Positions 34,122 through 45,418 of a stretch of DNA of 53,220 nucleotides are shown in pieces (the first letter of the stretch is position 1; every line of letters starts with the position of its first letter). The stretch is from Candidatus Aminicenantales bacterium (GTDB taxonomy: Bacteria > Acidobacteriota > Aminicenantia > Aminicenantales > JAFGAV01): positions 1 through 53,220 of the forward strand of contig JBAVVA010000087.1 of NCBI GenBank assembly GCA_049697055.1, given 5' to 3'. The notes beneath the pieces were generated by a model. That model did no database searches. It saw only the letters and a list, made by a program, of their open reading frames with translations, and had not been told where the DNA came from. Both the position numbers and the translations under genes were made by a program.

Positions 34122-34157
34122 TTCCTTCCTTCAGCTTAGAGGGACCGAGCCGTCGAA

Positions 34158-34499
34158 ATGACCATCACCCAATATTCCTTTGGAAAAATCGTCATCGACG
34201 GCCGGGCCTACACTTCGGACGTGATTATTTATCCCGGCCGGGTGGACGACAAATGGTGGCGCCGGGAAGGCCATCAGTTGCAGGCCGAAGACCTGGCCGC
34301 TGTGGTCGAGGCCGGGCCCGAGGCGGTGGTGGTCGGTACGGGCAACTTGGGGTTGATGAAAGTGCCGGCCCAGACGAAAGCTTTTTTGGAATCCAAAGGA
34401 ATCGAGGTCCACCTGGCCCGGACCGGCCGGGCGGTCGATCTCTTCAATGCGCTTCAGACCAAGAGGCGGACTATCGCCTGCCTGCACCTGACCTGCTGA
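34158..34499 (+). CDS. Mth938-like (DUF498) domain protein
   Basis: 113 aa. Contains FGKIVIDGRAYTSDVIIYP...REGHQL and VVVGTGNLGLMKV. Confidence 0.75.
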   Translation: MTITQYSFGKIVIDGRAYTSDVIIYPGRVDDKWWRREGHQLQAEDLAAVVEAGPEAVVVGTGNLGLMKVPAQTKAFLESKGIEVHLARTGRAVDLFNALQTKRRTIACLHLTC

Positions 34500-35372
34500 T
34501 CAGGTTTCTTTGCCCAGGACGGATCTCAACAGCTCCCTGAAGCGGTCCCGAAATTCCGGCCGCTTCAGGGCCAGATGAACCGTCGCTTCCAGGTAGCCGA
34601 ATTTATCCCCGCAGTCGAAACGCCTGCCCTCGAAAAGCAGGCCGTAGACCGGCTGTTTTTCAAGCAACACCCGGATGGCGTCCGTGATTTGGACCTCGCC
34701 GTTTTTATCGGGCGGAGTCCGTCGGATGGCCTCGAAGATCTCCGGGGTGAAGACGTAGCGGCCCAGGATGCCCAGGTCGGAGAAGGCCTTTTCCGGCCCG
34801 GGCTTCTCGGCCATGTCCATGATTTGGAAGACCCGCGGGGAAAGCTGGCGGGGCTTGACCACGCCGTATTTTTTCGTCCCCTCGGCGTCGATCCGGCCCA
34901 GGACGATAACCGTGGCCTTCTTCTCCATGAAAACATCGATGAGCTGGCGGGTGCAGGGCGGTTCGCAATCATAAATATCGTCGGGGGTGAGGGCGGCGAA
35001 CGGCTCGCCCGCCACAAACGTCTCCCCCATGAGGATGGCATGCCCCAGGCCCAGCGGCTGGGGCTGACGTATGGCGGTGATCTCGGCCAGCCCCTGGAGA
35101 CGGCGGACTTCCTCTAAAAGATCTGCCCTCCCCTTCGCCTCCAGGTAAGCCTCCAGGTCGGGATTCCGGTCGAAATGGTCCTCCAGAGCGGCCTTGCCCC
35201 GGCTGTTGACCAGGCCGATCCTGTCCAACCCCGACCCGGCCGCTTCTTCCACGCAATACTGGATAAGAGGCTTGTCGATGACGTTGAGCATTTCCTTGGG
35301 CAGGACCTTGGTGACGGGCAGGAACCGTGTGCCGAAACCGGCGGCGGGAATGACCGCTTTGCGGATATTCAT
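34500..35372 (-). CDS. galU: UTP-glucose-1-phosphate uridylyltransferase
   Basis: N-terminus KAVIPAAGFGTRFLPVTKVLPKEML. Confidence 0.9.
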   Translation of the reverse strand: MNIRKAVIPAAGFGTRFLPVTKVLPKEMLNVIDKPLIQYCVEEAAGSGLDRIGLVNSRGKAALEDHFDRNPDLEAYLEAKGRADLLEEVRRLQGLAEITAIRQPQPLGLGHAILMGETFVAGEPFAALTPDDIYDCEPPCTRQLIDVFMEKKATVIVLGRIDAEGTKKYGVVKPRQLSPRVFQIMDMAEKPGPEKAFSDLGILGRYVFTPEIFEAIRRTPPDKNGEVQITDAIRVLLEKQPVYGLLFEGRRFDCGDKFGYLEATVHLALKRPEFRDRFRELLRSVLGKET

Positions 35373-35389
35373 GCCTATTTGTTTATCAA

Positions 35390-35448
35390 AAAAACGGAGA
35401 AAAAAAAAGGGGCGGCCGCTTCCCCCGGAGGGGGGATGCCTCCGCCCC
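35390..35448 (-). terminator. Rho-independent terminator after the FadL-like gene
   Basis: Minus-strand GC hairpin GGGGCGG...CCGCCCC (35448-35409) followed by T9. Confidence 0.7.
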
Positions 35449-35473
35449 CTGGTCTTCCTCTCTCAGGCCGCGA

Positions 35474-36784
35474 TCAGAACTTGTAGCTGACCGAGATATT
35501 GGGCACCACGATGTTCATGCCGTACTTGCCGGGCTGAGCGTGGGGATACCTCGCGCCGGGGAGGGTGTCGAGGTATTGGATCGTTCTGTCCTTGCCCATC
35601 AGGTACTCGAAGCCAAGGTCGACATTCAGGCTGTTCAGGCCGTAGCCCACTCCGAAGGTCAGGACGTTGAAATCAAAACTGGGCAGGAGAACGTTCATGG
35701 TCGCGTCCGGCGCGGGCGACGGATCGATGTAGTAGCCGGCCCGCAGGGCGATGGCCTGGGTCACCTTGTACTCGGCGCCGAAACGGATCTGGAGGGCGTC
35801 CTTCCACAGCAGGGGCAGAACATCCTGCCCGGAAGTAGCCATTATGATCTGCCACAGCGGGTTCGCATATTCCAGGTCGATCTCGTCTACGGACGACCAC
35901 TTGGTCCACTGCAGGTCGCCGGTGATGATGAGCTTGTCGATGGGTTTGACCGCCACGCCGGCCGCCAGCCACATCGGCCAGCTCAGCTTGAACTCCACGT
36001 TCGAAGAATTGGGCGGGTACAAGGAGGGCCCGAGGGGCACTAAGTTCAGGTTGGCGATGGTCGTCTGGCCCTTGAGGGTAAAGCTGGAGGCGGTGCGGAA
36101 CGAGGCGCCGATGCTGATCATGTCGCTGGGCTTGACCAGAACGCCGAAGGTGGCGCCGAAGCCCCAGCCGTTGACGCTCATATCGAACTGGCCGAGGTCC
36201 AGGGAACCTGCGGCGTTGGCCCACCGCTTGAGGTCGAACATGGCATAGTTGACGTTCAGGGCGGCCCCCACCGAAATCATATCGCTGATCTTATAGGACA
36301 GGCCCGGGGCGATGGTGATCAAGCCGATCCTGCTGTTCCACTCATAGGAGCGCATGAAGGGTGAGGTGGCCATGACGAAATCATCGCCGGCCCAAGCCGC
36401 CCCCAGGCCGGAGGGGACATAGACGCCGATTCCGGCCACCATCTTGTCGTTGATGGGATGATAGTAGGCGGCCAGTCCGCTCAGGTAGTGCTTGGCCTGG
36501 GTCTTGGCATCGACCGCGGTTAGGGTTCCGATGGCCGTGGGAATTTCCAGCAAATAGCTTCCGGAGGGGATGATGTCCGTGCCGTACAGCCCGAAGGTCT
36601 TGGACGTGAACTGAGACATGCCGGCCGGGTTCCAGTAGATGGCGCTGTAATCATCGGCCAGGCCGACGAAGGCGCCCCCCATGGCCAGCGCCCGAGAGCC
36701 AAGGCTGTTCAAGTTGAGCCCGTTGGCCAGGGCCAAGGCCGGCAGGAGGGTCAAACATAAAAGAGCGATCAGGATTTTTTTCAT
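35474..36784 (-). CDS. FadL/OmpP1/TodX-family outer-membrane transport protein
   Basis: 436 aa. Signal peptide. Alternating beta-strand pattern. Terminal ...SVSYKF. Confidence 0.8.
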   Translation of the reverse strand: MKKILIALLCLTLLPALALANGLNLNSLGSRALAMGGAFVGLADDYSAIYWNPAGMSQFTSKTFGLYGTDIIPSGSYLLEIPTAIGTLTAVDAKTQAKHYLSGLAAYYHPINDKMVAGIGVYVPSGLGAAWAGDDFVMATSPFMRSYEWNSRIGLITIAPGLSYKISDMISVGAALNVNYAMFDLKRWANAAGSLDLGQFDMSVNGWGFGATFGVLVKPSDMISIGASFRTASSFTLKGQTTIANLNLVPLGPSLYPPNSSNVEFKLSWPMWLAAGVAVKPIDKLIITGDLQWTKWSSVDEIDLEYANPLWQIIMATSGQDVLPLLWKDALQIRFGAEYKVTQAIALRAGYYIDPSPAPDATMNVLLPSFDFNVLTFGVGYGLNSLNVDLGFEYLMGKDRTIQYLDTLPGARYPHAQPGKYGMNIVVPNISVSYKF

Positions 36785-36811
36785 TGAAACCTCCTCAAGA
36801 TTTGCTATCCT

Positions 36812-36839
36812 TTTATAATAAAATTGCGATGAATGTCAA
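36812..36839 (-). promoter_or_regulatory. sigma70 promoter TTGACA-N16-TATAAA for the FadL-like gene
   Basis: On the minus strand, hexamers at 36839-36834 and 36817-36812. GAGGAGG RBS lies before the ATG at 36784. Confidence 0.5.
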
Positions 36840-36887
36840 ATACGTCGTCGGCCGCTCAGGGCCCGATATCTATCCCCGCCCCCGATA

Positions 36888-39473
<2,586 letters not shown>

Positions 39474-39517
39474 TCAACCTCTCCTTGCCGAAACTCCTAT
39501 CCTTTCAGTACCTATTT

Positions 39518-39596
39518 TAAATAAGCGCAGCGCCATTATCTGTCAAGTTGAAAAAGGGATATTCCTTCTTGACAAAAGGGGAAAAATGGCTATGTT
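39518..39596. promoter_or_regulatory. Divergent promoter region between clpB and the acidic-protein gene
   Basis: Minus strand: TTGACA (39546-39541), N17, TATTTA. Plus strand: TTGACA (39569-39574), N16, TATGTT. Both -10 elements are weak. Confidence 0.35.
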
Positions 39597-39613
39597 TTGT
39601 TGGGGAGACCTTC

Positions 39614-39985
39614 ATGGAAGAGATCGAAGTCGCTAGCTGGCTGACCCTGGACGCGCTCAAGAAGGCCGCAGCAGCCGTCGAGACCGTGGGAAATCTTCAG
39701 ACCGGACACAGCATGTCCGTCTTCTGCACCATCGAAGAGGATTACCTGGAGCTTCACTACAGCGATTCGGCCGCCAACTACCTCCGCTGCTATGAAGATC
39801 GCGAGGAATTCGAAGAGGCTCTTAAGGAAAGGAAAGAGGAAGTCGGCGAGGCCCCTTACGACGAAGAAGAGGACATGGATTTTGAGGAAGAGGAAGAAGA
39901 AGAGGAAGAGGAAGAGAAAGAAGAGAAAGAAAACGAAGGTTCTGAGGAAGAGGAAGAAAAGGAAGGCAAAAGCGAGAAGTATTAG
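39614..39985 (+). CDS. Highly acidic protein with a poly-Glu C-terminal tail, unknown function
   Basis: Start at ATG 39614 after GGGGAG; the ORF is open from TTG 39548. The last 55 aa or so are dominated by E, D and K. 4-nt overlap with the convergent mutS stop. Confidence 0.55.
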   Translation: MEEIEVASWLTLDALKKAAAAVETVGNLQTGHSMSVFCTIEEDYLELHYSDSAANYLRCYEDREEFEEALKERKEEVGEAPYDEEEDMDFEEEEEEEEEEEKEEKENEGSEEEEEKEGKSEKY

Positions 39986-42606
39986 CGCTTGATTTTTTCT
40001 TGGAGCCGATGGAGGAGGTTGAGCGCCTCGATCGGAGCAAGCGTGGTTAAGTCCCGGCCCAAAATCTGTTCCCGGATTTCTTCCAGCGTTTCCCGGTCGC
40101 GGTCTTCCTGAAAAAGGAGCTGCTGGTCCTTGTCCCGTCCGCGCATCGGCCGCTTGGCCAGGACGGGACGGCCGGCCTCATCCAGCTCCTGCTTTTCCAG
40201 GTTGAACAGGATCTCCTTGGCTCGGTCAATGACCTCCCGAGGAAGGCCGGCCAATTTGGCCACGTGCAGGCCGTAGCTCTGGTCCGAAGGGCCGGGCAGG
40301 ATTTTTCTCAGAAAGACGACTTCCCCCCGCCATTCCTTGACCGCCAGGTGATAGTTCTGAATGCGGCCCAGGGTCAGGGCCAGCTCGGTCAGCTCGTGGT
40401 AGTGGGTGGCAAAGAGGGTCAAGGGCCGGACCTCCTCCCGCTCGTGGAGGAACTCGGCCACGGCCCAGGCCAGGCTCAGGCCGTCAAAAGTGCTCGTGCC
40501 CCGGCCGATCTCGTCGAGCAGCACCAAGCTGCGGGCCGTGGCGTTATTCAGGATGTTGGCCGTCTCCAGCATCTCCACCATGAAAGTGGACTGGCCCAGG
40601 CTCAGAAAATCCATGGCCCCTATCCGGGTGAAAATGCGGTCCACCATTCCAAGCGACGCCTCCTGGGCGGGAACGAACGAGCCCGTCTGGCCCAGGATGA
40701 CGATGAGCGCGGTCTGACGCAGGTAGGTGGACTTGCCGCCCATGTTGGGCCCGGTGATGATCAGGATCTGATGGTTGTCCCGGTCGAGGGTCGTATCATT
40801 GGGGATAAAAGGCTCGGCGCTGGACGCTTCCACGACCGCATGACGGCCGCCCCGGATCACGATCCCCTGGCCGCTATGAATTTCGGGACGGACATACTGC
40901 CTGAGGCAGGCGACCTCGGCTAAGCCGGCCAGGACATCCAGGCCGGCCACCCGGCCGGCGATACCCTGCAGCCGGGCCGCCTCCCGGCCCACCCGTTCCC
41001 GCACTTCCAGGAACAGCCGGTGCTCGAGCTCGCCGATCTTCTCCTCGGCGTGGAGGATTTTCTCCTCATATTCCTTGAGGGCCGGAGTAATGAACCTCTC
41101 TGACCCGACCAGAGTCTGCTTGCGGATAAAATCGTTGGGCACCAGGGCCAGGTTGGGCTTGGTGACCTCGATGAAATAGCCGAACACCTTGTTGTAGCGA
41201 ACCTTGAGGGAAGAGATGCCGGTCCGCTCCCTCTCTTTCCGCTCCAGGTCGGCCAGGAATGATTTGCCGGACCGGCTGATCTTCCGTAGATCGTCCAGCT
41301 CACCATTATAGCCGTCGCGGATGATCCCGCCCTCGGTCAGCAGGAAGGCCGGCTCGTCCAGGAGAGCTTTTTCGATGAAGTCGGCCACGTCCGCTGCATC
41401 ATCCCATTGTTCCTTAAGACCGCTGAGGATCGGCGAGCAGAAAGGCTGGAGAAGGGCTCTCAGCCCGGGCAGAGGACGCAGCGCTTTCCGGAGCGCCACC
41501 AGGTCGCGCGGATGGGCCACTCCCAGAGAGATCTTTCCGGTCAGACGCTCCAGGTCGAGGACGCCCTTAAGGGTTTGGCGCAGCTCCTGGCGCTCGATCA
41601 AGGCTTTGGCCAGTTCTTCGACCGCGCTGTGTCGGTCCTTGATCCGCTCCAGGTGCAGGAGCGGCCGGAGCAGCCAATCCCGGAGCAGGCGGCCGCCCAT
41701 GGAAGTGACCGTCTGGTCAACCACGCCCAACAGCGAATCCTTGACTTTGCCGTCGCGCAGGTTGCGGACCAGCTCCAGGTTCCGGACCGAAGCCGCGTCG
41801 AGAAGGAGATGCTGGCGGCCGTGGACATAGGTCAGGCGGTGAACCAGCCGCTGGGAATCTTTGCGCACTTTCTTGAGATAGTGGAGCAGGCCGCCGGCGG
41901 CCATGACGGCTAAGGGCGTGTCCTCCAAACCGAACCCGGCCAAACTGGCCGCCTGGAGTTCAGCTAGCAGAAGATGGCGGGCTTGGGGCGGGTCGAAGGC
42001 CCAGGGTTCGACCGGGCTTCGGAGCACGCCGTCCAGGCCGCTTCCGGCCAGCACCTCCTCCAGCCTCGACTCCTCGCCGGCCGGATAGACGACCTCCCGG
42101 GGAGCGGACCTGAACAGCTCATCCTTGAGGTCCTTGCTCTCCTCCGGCCGGACCTCACTCGTCTTGAGCTCTCCCGAGCTGATGTCCATCAAGGCCAAGC
42201 CCCAGCCTCCGCTGCCGAAGGCCAGGCTGCAGATGAGGACGGACTCCTTGGCTTCTTCAAGATCAACCTCGACGGCCGTTCCGGGCGTCAGCACGCGCAC
42301 TACATCACGCTTTACGACGCCTTTGGCCGTCCGCGGGTCTTCGATCTGCTCGCAGACTGCCACTTTGAATCCCTGGCGCAGCAGCTTGGCCAGATAAGAA
42401 TTAACGGAATGGTAGGGAACCCCGCACATGGGAACTTTCTGCCGTGAGGTCAAGGCGATCTCCAGAATCGGCGAAGCCGTCTGGGCGTCCTCATAGAACA
42501 TTTCGTAGAAATCCCCCAGCCGGAAAAAGAGAAGAGCCTCGGGATGGCTCCGCTTAAGACGGAAGTATTGTTCCATCATCGGGGTCAGGGAATCTTGGCC
42601 GGCCAT
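39982..42606 (-). CDS. mutS: DNA mismatch repair protein MutS
   Basis: N-terminus LTPMMEQYFRLK. Walker A GPNMGGKST. Start taken at ATG 42606; the ORF begins at TTG 42642. Confidence 0.95.
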   Translation of the reverse strand: MAGQDSLTPMMEQYFRLKRSHPEALLFFRLGDFYEMFYEDAQTASPILEIALTSRQKVPMCGVPYHSVNSYLAKLLRQGFKVAVCEQIEDPRTAKGVVKRDVVRVLTPGTAVEVDLEEAKESVLICSLAFGSGGWGLALMDISSGELKTSEVRPEESKDLKDELFRSAPREVVYPAGEESRLEEVLAGSGLDGVLRSPVEPWAFDPPQARHLLLAELQAASLAGFGLEDTPLAVMAAGGLLHYLKKVRKDSQRLVHRLTYVHGRQHLLLDAASVRNLELVRNLRDGKVKDSLLGVVDQTVTSMGGRLLRDWLLRPLLHLERIKDRHSAVEELAKALIERQELRQTLKGVLDLERLTGKISLGVAHPRDLVALRKALRPLPGLRALLQPFCSPILSGLKEQWDDAADVADFIEKALLDEPAFLLTEGGIIRDGYNGELDDLRKISRSGKSFLADLERKERERTGISSLKVRYNKVFGYFIEVTKPNLALVPNDFIRKQTLVGSERFITPALKEYEEKILHAEEKIGELEHRLFLEVRERVGREAARLQGIAGRVAGLDVLAGLAEVACLRQYVRPEIHSGQGIVIRGGRHAVVEASSAEPFIPNDTTLDRDNHQILIITGPNMGGKSTYLRQTALIVILGQTGSFVPAQEASLGMVDRIFTRIGAMDFLSLGQSTFMVEMLETANILNNATARSLVLLDEIGRGTSTFDGLSLAWAVAEFLHEREEVRPLTLFATHYHELTELALTLGRIQNYHLAVKEWRGEVVFLRKILPGPSDQSYGLHVAKLAGLPREVIDRAKEILFNLEKQELDEAGRPVLAKRPMRGRDKDQQLLFQEDRDRETLEEIREQILGRDLTTLAPIEALNLLHRLQEKIKR

Positions 42607-42696
42607 GGCTGCCTTCTCAATATATCCGCCGCGGCCGAGCAATTCAAGCCAGGCAAATGAGGGTAAATCGCTTTTTATTTATTGAGAGGGCTGATC

Positions 42697-43482
42697 TTAT
42701 TGTGTGTTGTCGGCACATCGTAGTTGCCAGATCGTGGCAGCCACACCCGCGGCGAAGGTGAACACTACGATCACCAGGCTTGCCGGCGCGAGCATCATGA
42801 CTCTCGGTCCCGCCACGCCGGCGAACAGGGGCACAATCGACCATGGGAACCATTTGCCCCATCCTGTCGCTCCGAGCACCATGCCCAGCACCAGCATGAA
42901 AATGGTGAAACCCAGCGGCGCAAGGTAACCTTGACCGAGCGATGCTATCCAACATACAAACGGCACCAGCAGATAGGCGACAAGGGATGCGAACAGGATG
43001 TTGCCGATTGACGACATGGCCAGCGACGTTGAGAATCCCGACAGTCCCAACAGCGCGCCCACGGCCAGTCCCTCAACTATAAAGAGCACGGCCAGAAGGC
43101 CGAACCAGGTGAAAACAACCGCAAGCTTGGCCAAGACGAAGCGGTGACGAGCAACCGGAAGGGCGAGCATATTCTTCGCCGTGCTGTCGGAATATTCGCG
43201 CCCGAACACATAGGCTGCCATGACCGAGACCAGAATCATTCCGCCGACCCCCATCGTTTGCAGGAGAAGGCTGAAGTAGGACGGCCAGTCGGCGGTTGCG
43301 CCTGCGAAACGCGCTTTCTGGCCCAGCAGCCCAAGCTTCGCGGCGCGCTGGGGCTCCCGGATGATCCACATGAAAAGCCCGCCGACCAGGGGCATGACCG
43401 ACAAGGCCAGCCAGGACAGCCAGGTAATTTTGCTGCGTCTCAGTTTCAAGAATTCCGAAGCCAGAACCTGTCCGAACATCAC
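42697..43482 (-). CDS. ABC-2 type transporter permease
   Basis: 261 aa with about 6 TM segments. ATGA coupling to the upstream ATPase gene. Confidence 0.8.
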   Translation of the reverse strand: MMFGQVLASEFLKLRRSKITWLSWLALSVMPLVGGLFMWIIREPQRAAKLGLLGQKARFAGATADWPSYFSLLLQTMGVGGMILVSVMAAYVFGREYSDSTAKNMLALPVARHRFVLAKLAVVFTWFGLLAVLFIVEGLAVGALLGLSGFSTSLAMSSIGNILFASLVAYLLVPFVCWIASLGQGYLAPLGFTIFMLVLGMVLGATGWGKWFPWSIVPLFAGVAGPRVMMLAPASLVIVVFTFAAGVAATIWQLRCADNTQ

Positions 43483-44402
43483 GTCCCGTCTCCTGTGAGC
43501 CGAAGGAAGTGCGCCTCGAGGTTTTCTTCGACGAGGCAGAGGCGCGTCAGGTCAAGACCGTCGCAGGCAAGAACCCGCGCGATCGCTGCGGCGCGATCCA
43601 GGCCCTCGAAGATGCGCAGGCCGCCCTCTGTCGTGCGCTCGACTTGAGTGATCCCCAGGCGCTCGGCCAGCAAGGCCACAGCTCGGTCGGGGTTCGAAAC
43701 GACGACTTCCAAGCACGCGCGACCTTGGGCGCGCAGCCTATCCTGGCCGAGCTCTTCGACAAGCCGGCCGGCGTGCATAATGCCGATGCGGTCGGCGAGG
43801 TGCGCCACTTCGGCGAGGATGTGGCTCGACAGAAAGACCGTGACGCCGCGCTCGTCGGCAAGACGGCGCAAAAGGCCGCGGACCTCGACGATGCCGGCAG
43901 GATCGAGCCCGTTGGCGGGCTCGTCCAGCAACAGCACGTCGGGATGGTGCAAGAGAACGCGGGCCAGGGCGAGCCGCTGTTTATTGCCGAGCGACAGCCG
44001 CCCCGCGCGTCGGTCTGCATACTCGCCCAGGCGCAGGAGCTCAATCGCCTCGGCGACGGCCTTGCGCGGCGCACCAGTGAGGCGGCGCTGGATGTCGAGA
44101 TTCTCATGTACGGTGAGGTTCGGATAGGAGGTCGCCGTCTCGACCAGATAGCCAATCCGCGCAAAAACGGCCTGCCGGCCTGGCCTGATGCGATTGTCGA
44201 GCATCATCACTTGCCCGCCCGTCGGACGGATGAGGCCAAGCAGCAGGCGGATGGTCGTGGTTTTCCCCGCGCCGTTTCGGCCCAAAAAGCCGTAAATTTC
44301 ACCCCGGCGAACGCAGAGGTCGAGGCCGTCCACAGCCCGCACTTCTCCATAGTATTTGGAAAGGCCTGTCGTCTTGATGACGATTTCTTGATCATGCTCC
44401 AT
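43479..44402 (-). CDS. ABC transporter ATP-binding protein (ABC-2 / drug-exporter type)
   Basis: Walker A GRNGAGKTT. Signature LSLGNKQR. Walker B LLLDEP. Confidence 0.9.
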   Translation of the reverse strand: MEHDQEIVIKTTGLSKYYGEVRAVDGLDLCVRRGEIYGFLGRNGAGKTTTIRLLLGLIRPTGGQVMMLDNRIRPGRQAVFARIGYLVETATSYPNLTVHENLDIQRRLTGAPRKAVAEAIELLRLGEYADRRAGRLSLGNKQRLALARVLLHHPDVLLLDEPANGLDPAGIVEVRGLLRRLADERGVTVFLSSHILAEVAHLADRIGIMHAGRLVEELGQDRLRAQGRACLEVVVSNPDRAVALLAERLGITQVERTTEGGLRIFEGLDRAAAIARVLACDGLDLTRLCLVEENLEAHFLRLTGDGT

Positions 44403-44408
44403 TGCAAT

Positions 44409-44437
44409 TTGACTCCCCGCATTGGCTATAGTATATC
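44409..44437 (+). promoter_or_regulatory. Candidate promoter TTGACT-N17-TATATC for pgsA (near-leaderless geometry)
   Basis: Hexamers at 44409-44414 and 44432-44437. The ATG at 44446 is only 8 nt downstream and has no SD. Confidence 0.4.
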
Positions 44438-44445
44438 ATCCCCCA

Positions 44446-44994
44446 ATGAACCTGGCGAATGCCTTGACCGGCCTGCGGATCTTGATCATCCCCTTTTTGG
44501 TAATCGTACTTCTGTCCTCATTCAAAGGCCGAGAGATGGTCGCCTCCATCCTGTTCGTCACAGCCTGGATGACCGATTGGCTCGACGGCCTGTGGGCCAG
44601 GAAAAATAAGAAGATATCAACCCTGGGCCAGCTTCTCGATCCGACCGCGGACAAGCTGCTTATCGTTTCCGTGCTGATCTGCCTTGTGGCGACCGGCCAG
44701 GTCAAAGCCTGGATGGCGGTCATCATTATCGGCCGGGAAGTGGCCGTCTCCGGGTTCCGGGCCATCGCCGCCTCCCGCGGCATGACCATCCCCGCTTCCC
44801 TGCTGGGCAAATCCAAAATGATCCTGGAGTCCGTGACTCTCTCGCTCCTTCTCCTGGGCCGCCATTATCTCGGAGGCTTCTATATCACTGCCCTGATCGG
44901 GCTGTGGCTGGTGGTGGCTGTCTCGCTGATCTCAGCCGCCGAGTATTACATTAAATATATACCTCATCTGACCCCAGGCCCGCCCGCAAAATAA
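44446..44994 (+). CDS. pgsA: CDP-diacylglycerol-glycerol-3-phosphate 3-phosphatidyltransferase
   Basis: CDP-alcohol phosphotransferase motif DWLDGLWAR...GQLLDPTADKLL. Confidence 0.9.
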   Translation: MNLANALTGLRILIIPFLVIVLLSSFKGREMVASILFVTAWMTDWLDGLWARKNKKISTLGQLLDPTADKLLIVSVLICLVATGQVKAWMAVIIIGREVAVSGFRAIAASRGMTIPASLLGKSKMILESVTLSLLLLGRHYLGGFYITALIGLWLVVAVSLISAAEYYIKYIPHLTPGPPAK

Positions 44995-45007
44995 AAAACT
45001 ATCCGAA

Positions 45008-45036
45008 TTGCTAGAAATTGGCTGGAAATATATATT
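45008..45036 (+). promoter_or_regulatory. Candidate promoter TTGCTA-N17-TATATT reading into element copy B
   Basis: Hexamers at 45008-45013 and 45031-45036. No protein gene lies downstream on this strand. Confidence 0.4.
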
Positions 45037-45130
45037 CCGATGGCGACGGACAGCCCTCGGCAATAAGATTTTGTGTTTGTTTTCCCAAGAAAAATGGCCA
45101 AGCTGTCGCAGCAACCATGACCGCCTTTGT

Positions 45131-45388
45131 AGAAAAGGGCAGGCCGGGGCTGCCCGCAGCGACCATGCGAGGGTTTAGCCTTCCTGAACTGCCCTTCGAG
45201 GGAACCCGGCTTCCGGGCGCCGAGGATGTTTGAGCTTCTTGATCGTCACGGAAGACGATAAAAATTCCAGGGAACATGATATGAGCCTTGGTTATTCGCG
45301 CGAGTTCCGCAGGCGCCGAGAAGCGCGGTGAAGGAACGGCGTTAAAAACCCGAGCGGGAGCTAGGACAGCCCCGGCCTGCCCTTTTCT
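45131..45388 (+). repeat. Copy B (full length) of the unclassified structured intergenic element; candidate ncRNA
   Basis: A perfect 22-bp closing inverted repeat (45131-45152 / 45367-45388) encloses 214 nt that are homologous to copies A and C. Confidence 0.6.
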
Positions 45389-45418
45389 AAATCAAATAGG
45401 AGCAAACGAAGGGTGTGC

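Noticed and set aside
45184-45206. Hammerhead-like CUGA...GAA arrangement in the repeat element
   Set aside because: The core reads CUGAACU (or CUGAGCG in copy A), not CUGANGA, and the required GAAA and stem III context is missing.
45226-45261. Small ORF (MFELLDRHGRR) inside the conserved core of the repeat element
   Set aside because: The ATG directly abuts the GAGG, leaving no SD spacing. The three copies share only the first four codons (MFEL) before the frames and lengths diverge (11, 29 and 21 aa). Conservation is at the nucleotide or structure level.
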